Of a stretch of 64,000 bases of DNA, positions 61,511 to 64,000 are shown piece by piece. The stretch is from Rhodospirillaceae bacterium (GTDB lineage Bacteria > Pseudomonadota > Alphaproteobacteria > Dongiales > Dongiaceae): NCBI GenBank assembly GCA_008012315.1, contig SSEL01000033.1:5716-69715 (forward strand). Direction: 5' to 3'. Under the pieces are notes generated by a model. The model saw nothing but the letters and a program-made list of their open reading frames with translations. It was not told where the DNA came from and ran no database searches. The stretch's first letter is position 1; the number at the start of each line of letters is the position of its first letter. The translations under genes were made by a program, and so were the position numbers.

Positions 61511-63718
61511 ATGAGCAAGCTACCCAAGCGTCTTCTCGGTTATACCGATAAGGTCAGCGTCGCCCCCGGCGACAAAATCGATTTCAAAATCAGCTCTCCC
61601 TTGACCGGCAAATACGACGTCCGGATTGTGCGCCTGATCTGCGGCGACGATTCCGACGGCGGGCCGGGTCTCAAAGTCGATTCCGTCAAGACACCGATCG
61701 ACGGCAGCTATCCCGCGCGCTGGCAGCCGATCCACCATGGCTCTTATGCCGCGATCGATAACGGCGCCGCTTTCGCCGCAACGGCGATCACGCTCGACGC
61801 CATGATCTGGCCGACCCTGCCCGAGGATGGACGCGATCAGGCTCTGCTCGGCAATTTCGATGCGGCGACGCAAAGCGGCTACGCGCTCTATATCGATGGG
61901 TCGGGTCATCTGAGCTTCCGGGTCGGCGCTGCAGCATCCGTGCGGCTGTCGACGCCCCTGCTGTCGCGCCATTGGCATCACGTCGCCGTCAGCTTCGATA
62001 CCGCTTCCGGCAAGGTCATCATGCATCAGCACCGTTTGTTGGACTATCCCAGGGTGCAACGCTCCGACACGATCGACGCGACGATCCCCGGGGCAAAAAC
62101 CGCCGGCAGCAGCCGTTTCCTGATTGCGGCCTGGTCTGACAAGGAGAATGCCGCCGCCCATTACAACGGCAAGATCGACAGTCCGCGCGTGATCGGCGCG
62201 GCGCTCGATGCGGCGGGCCTTGCGGCACTTCGTCCGCATCAGGCCGGCAAGGCACCGGTGATCGCCGATTGGGATTTCTCCCGCGAAATGGCGGGAATCG
62301 AGATTCGCGACATCTCCGGCAAGGGCCATGATGGCCGGCTGGTCAATCTGCCGGCCAGGGCCATGAAGGGCTGGAACTGGGATGCGACGGAAATGAACTG
62401 GCGGCACAAGCCGGAGCATTACGGCGCCATTCATTTCCATGATGACGATCTCTACGATTGCGGCTGGGAGACCGATTTCACGCTGACGGTGCCGGCCGGC
62501 CTCAAGAGCGGCATCTATTGCGCCGAGCTTCACCAGAAGGGTCCGGATGGCGAGATCGACGACATGATCCCCTTCTATGTCCGGCCGCCGCGCGGCACCG
62601 CCACCGCACCGGTCGCGCTGCTGATCCCGACCGCCAGCTATCTCGCTTATTCCAACCACCAGATGGCCTCGAGTTGGAGCTTCGACGAATTGTCGAGCGG
62701 CAAGTTCGTCACCCTTTCGGCCGGTGATCGCTATCTGGAGGAAAACCACAGCTTCGGCCTGTCGACCTATGACAGCCATAATGACGGCAGCGGCGTCTGC
62801 TACTCCTCGCGCCTGCGGCCGGTACTGAACATGCGTCCCCGGGCCGAGCTATGGCAGTTCAACGCCGATACCCATATCACCGATTGGCTGGAAGCCCGCG
62901 GCATCGCTTACGACGTCATCACCGATGACGATATGGAAGCCGAAGGCCTGGACCTGCTGAAGAACTATCGCTGCGTCGTGACCGGCACCCATCCGGAATA
63001 TTACACGACGAAGATGATGCAGACGGTCCGCGACTTCACCAATGAAGGCGGGCGGCTGATCTATCTCGGCGCCAACGGTTTCTACTGGCGCGTCGCCTAT
63101 CACGAGGCCCTGCCGGGTGTCCTGGAGCACCGCCGGGCCGAAGACGGTATGCGCGGCTGGATCTCCGAAGACGGCGAATACTATATGAACTTCAGCGGCG
63201 AGCTGGGCGGCCTGTGGCGCCGCAACGGCCAGCCGCCGCAGGGCCTGGTCGGGACCGGTTTCGCCGCCCAGGGCTTCGATATCTCAAGCTGGTATGACCG
63301 CACCCCGGACAGCTTCAATCCGCGCGCCGCCTTCATTTTTGAAGGTGTCGGCAAGGACGAGAAGATCGGCGATTTCGGCCTGATCGGCGGCGGTGCCGCC
63401 GGTTGGGAGATCGACCGTGCCGACGAGCTCTTGGGCACGCCGCCGCATACGCTGATCGTCGCCGTCGCCTCGGAATTCCCCTCCAGCTATCACTGGGTCA
63501 AGGAAGAGTTCAATCATACGCATTCGGCGATCGACGGCGAGAATTGCCCGATGGTCCGCTGCGACATGACTTTCTTCGAAACGCCCAAGGGCGGCGCGGT
63601 CTTCTCGACCAGCTCGATCTCCTGGGCCGGCAGCTTGTTCCACAACAATTATGAGAACAATGTCAGCCGCATCACCGAGAACGTGATCCGCCGGTTCATC
63701 GATCCGACGCCGCTATAA
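61511..63718 (+). CDS. N,N-dimethylformamidase-like large (beta) subunit
   Basis: N-terminal LamG/ConA-like region (WHHVAVSFD, YNGKIDSP); catalytic-domain motifs PTASYLAYSN, GLSTYDSHNDGSG, GTHPEYY, YLGANGFYW, AAGWEIDR, GGAVFS. Confidence 0.88.
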   Translation: MSKLPKRLLGYTDKVSVAPGDKIDFKISSPLTGKYDVRIVRLICGDDSDGGPGLKVDSVKTPIDGSYPARWQPIHHGSYAAIDNGAAFAATAITLDAMIWPTLPEDGRDQALLGNFDAATQSGYALYIDGSGHLSFRVGAAASVRLSTPLLSRHWHHVAVSFDTASGKVIMHQHRLLDYPRVQRSDTIDATIPGAKTAGSSRFLIAAWSDKENAAAHYNGKIDSPRVIGAALDAAGLAALRPHQAGKAPVIADWDFSREMAGIEIRDISGKGHDGRLVNLPARAMKGWNWDATEMNWRHKPEHYGAIHFHDDDLYDCGWETDFTLTVPAGLKSGIYCAELHQKGPDGEIDDMIPFYVRPPRGTATAPVALLIPTASYLAYSNHQMASSWSFDELSSGKFVTLSAGDRYLEENHSFGLSTYDSHNDGSGVCYSSRLRPVLNMRPRAELWQFNADTHITDWLEARGIAYDVITDDDMEAEGLDLLKNYRCVVTGTHPEYYTTKMMQTVRDFTNEGGRLIYLGANGFYWRVAYHEALPGVLEHRRAEDGMRGWISEDGEYYMNFSGELGGLWRRNGQPPQGLVGTGFAAQGFDISSWYDRTPDSFNPRAAFIFEGVGKDEKIGDFGLIGGGAAGWEIDRADELLGTPPHTLIVAVASEFPSSYHWVKEEFNHTHSAIDGENCPMVRCDMTFFETPKGGAVFSTSSISWAGSLFHNNYENNVSRITENVIRRFIDPTPL

Positions 63719-63738
63719 CGGCTCGCATACGGCCGAAC

Positions 63739-63781
63739 AAAAAAGCGCAGGCATCGGTGAGATGCCTGCGCCTTTTCTTTT
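63739..63781. terminator. Bidirectional intrinsic terminator between the DMFase beta gene and the convergent hisD-like gene
   Basis: AAAAAA-GCGCAGGCATC-GGTGA-GATGCCTGCGC-CTTTTCTTTT. Confidence 0.9.
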
Positions 63782-63789
63782 CGTCCGGC

Positions 63790-64000
63790 TCAGCCGTTCT
63801 TGCGCATCAGCCGCTGGCGGATCTCCGAGACGGCATTGGCATGGGCATCGAAGCCCTCGTAATCGGCCAGCGCCTTGGCCGGCCCGGCCATGGCCGGATA
63901 GCCCTTCGGCGTGACATAAGCGAGCGACGTCCGCTTCAGATAATCGAAGACCGAGAGCGGCGATGACGTGCGGGCAGCACCTGACGTCGGCAGGATGGCA
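63790..64000 (-). CDS. hisD: Histidinol dehydrogenase family protein, 3' end only
   Basis: Not in the ORF track. Translation ...AILPTSGAARTSSPLSVFDYLKRTS...LADYEGFDAHANAV matches the HisD C-terminal LPT.G.AR..S.LSV.DF.K...EG..AHA.AV pattern. Confidence 0.78.
   Translation of the reverse strand, partial: AILPTSGAARTSSPLSVFDYLKRTSLAYVTPKGYPAMAGPAKALADYEGFDAHANAVSEIRQRLMRKNG

Overview
GC-rich chromosomal segment of an alphaproteobacterium. A Rhodospirillales-like origin is my inference from gene order and protein style. I found no CRISPR array, transposase, integrase, phage gene or rRNA. In order, the window holds: a dipeptide/oligopeptide-type ABC operon (runs off the left edge); hyi; a general-stress-response (GSR) islet (csbD, 63-aa ORF, DUF1328, nepR-like, ecfG/sigT) with two consensus EcfG promoters but no adjacent phyR; an MFS transporter; tamA-tamB; a HAD hydrolase; otsB-GH15-otsA; tRNA-Ser(GCT) followed by a small accessory islet (DUF6966-like ORF, two tandem 45-aa lipoproteins); GST, PaaI thioesterase, two tandem DUF962 genes, a crotonase and a patatin; pyrE; several PLP enzymes including hemA; pdxH, a DnaJ-family gene, fabI, aroC; rlmD, sppA, tlyA, MATE, ispA, xseB, an HDAC-family gene; paaG, cysQ, tsaC; a frameshifted acyl-CoA dehydrogenase; a phosphonate-monoester-hydrolase-like sulfatase; pgm, pgi; an alpha/beta N,N-dimethylformamidase-like pair; and the 3' end of a hisD-like gene. 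The best leads are: (1) the DMFase-like pair embedded in core chromosome, natural substrate unknown; (2) the PhyR-less GSR islet plus a distant 71-aa hydrophilic ORF with its own perfect EcfG promoter; (3) the tandem micro-lipoproteins in the tRNA-Ser islet; (4) a DUF962/patatin/thioesterase lipid neighbourhood; (5) a MATE gene where dxs is normally found. All family assignments come from motif recognition by eye; no database search was run.
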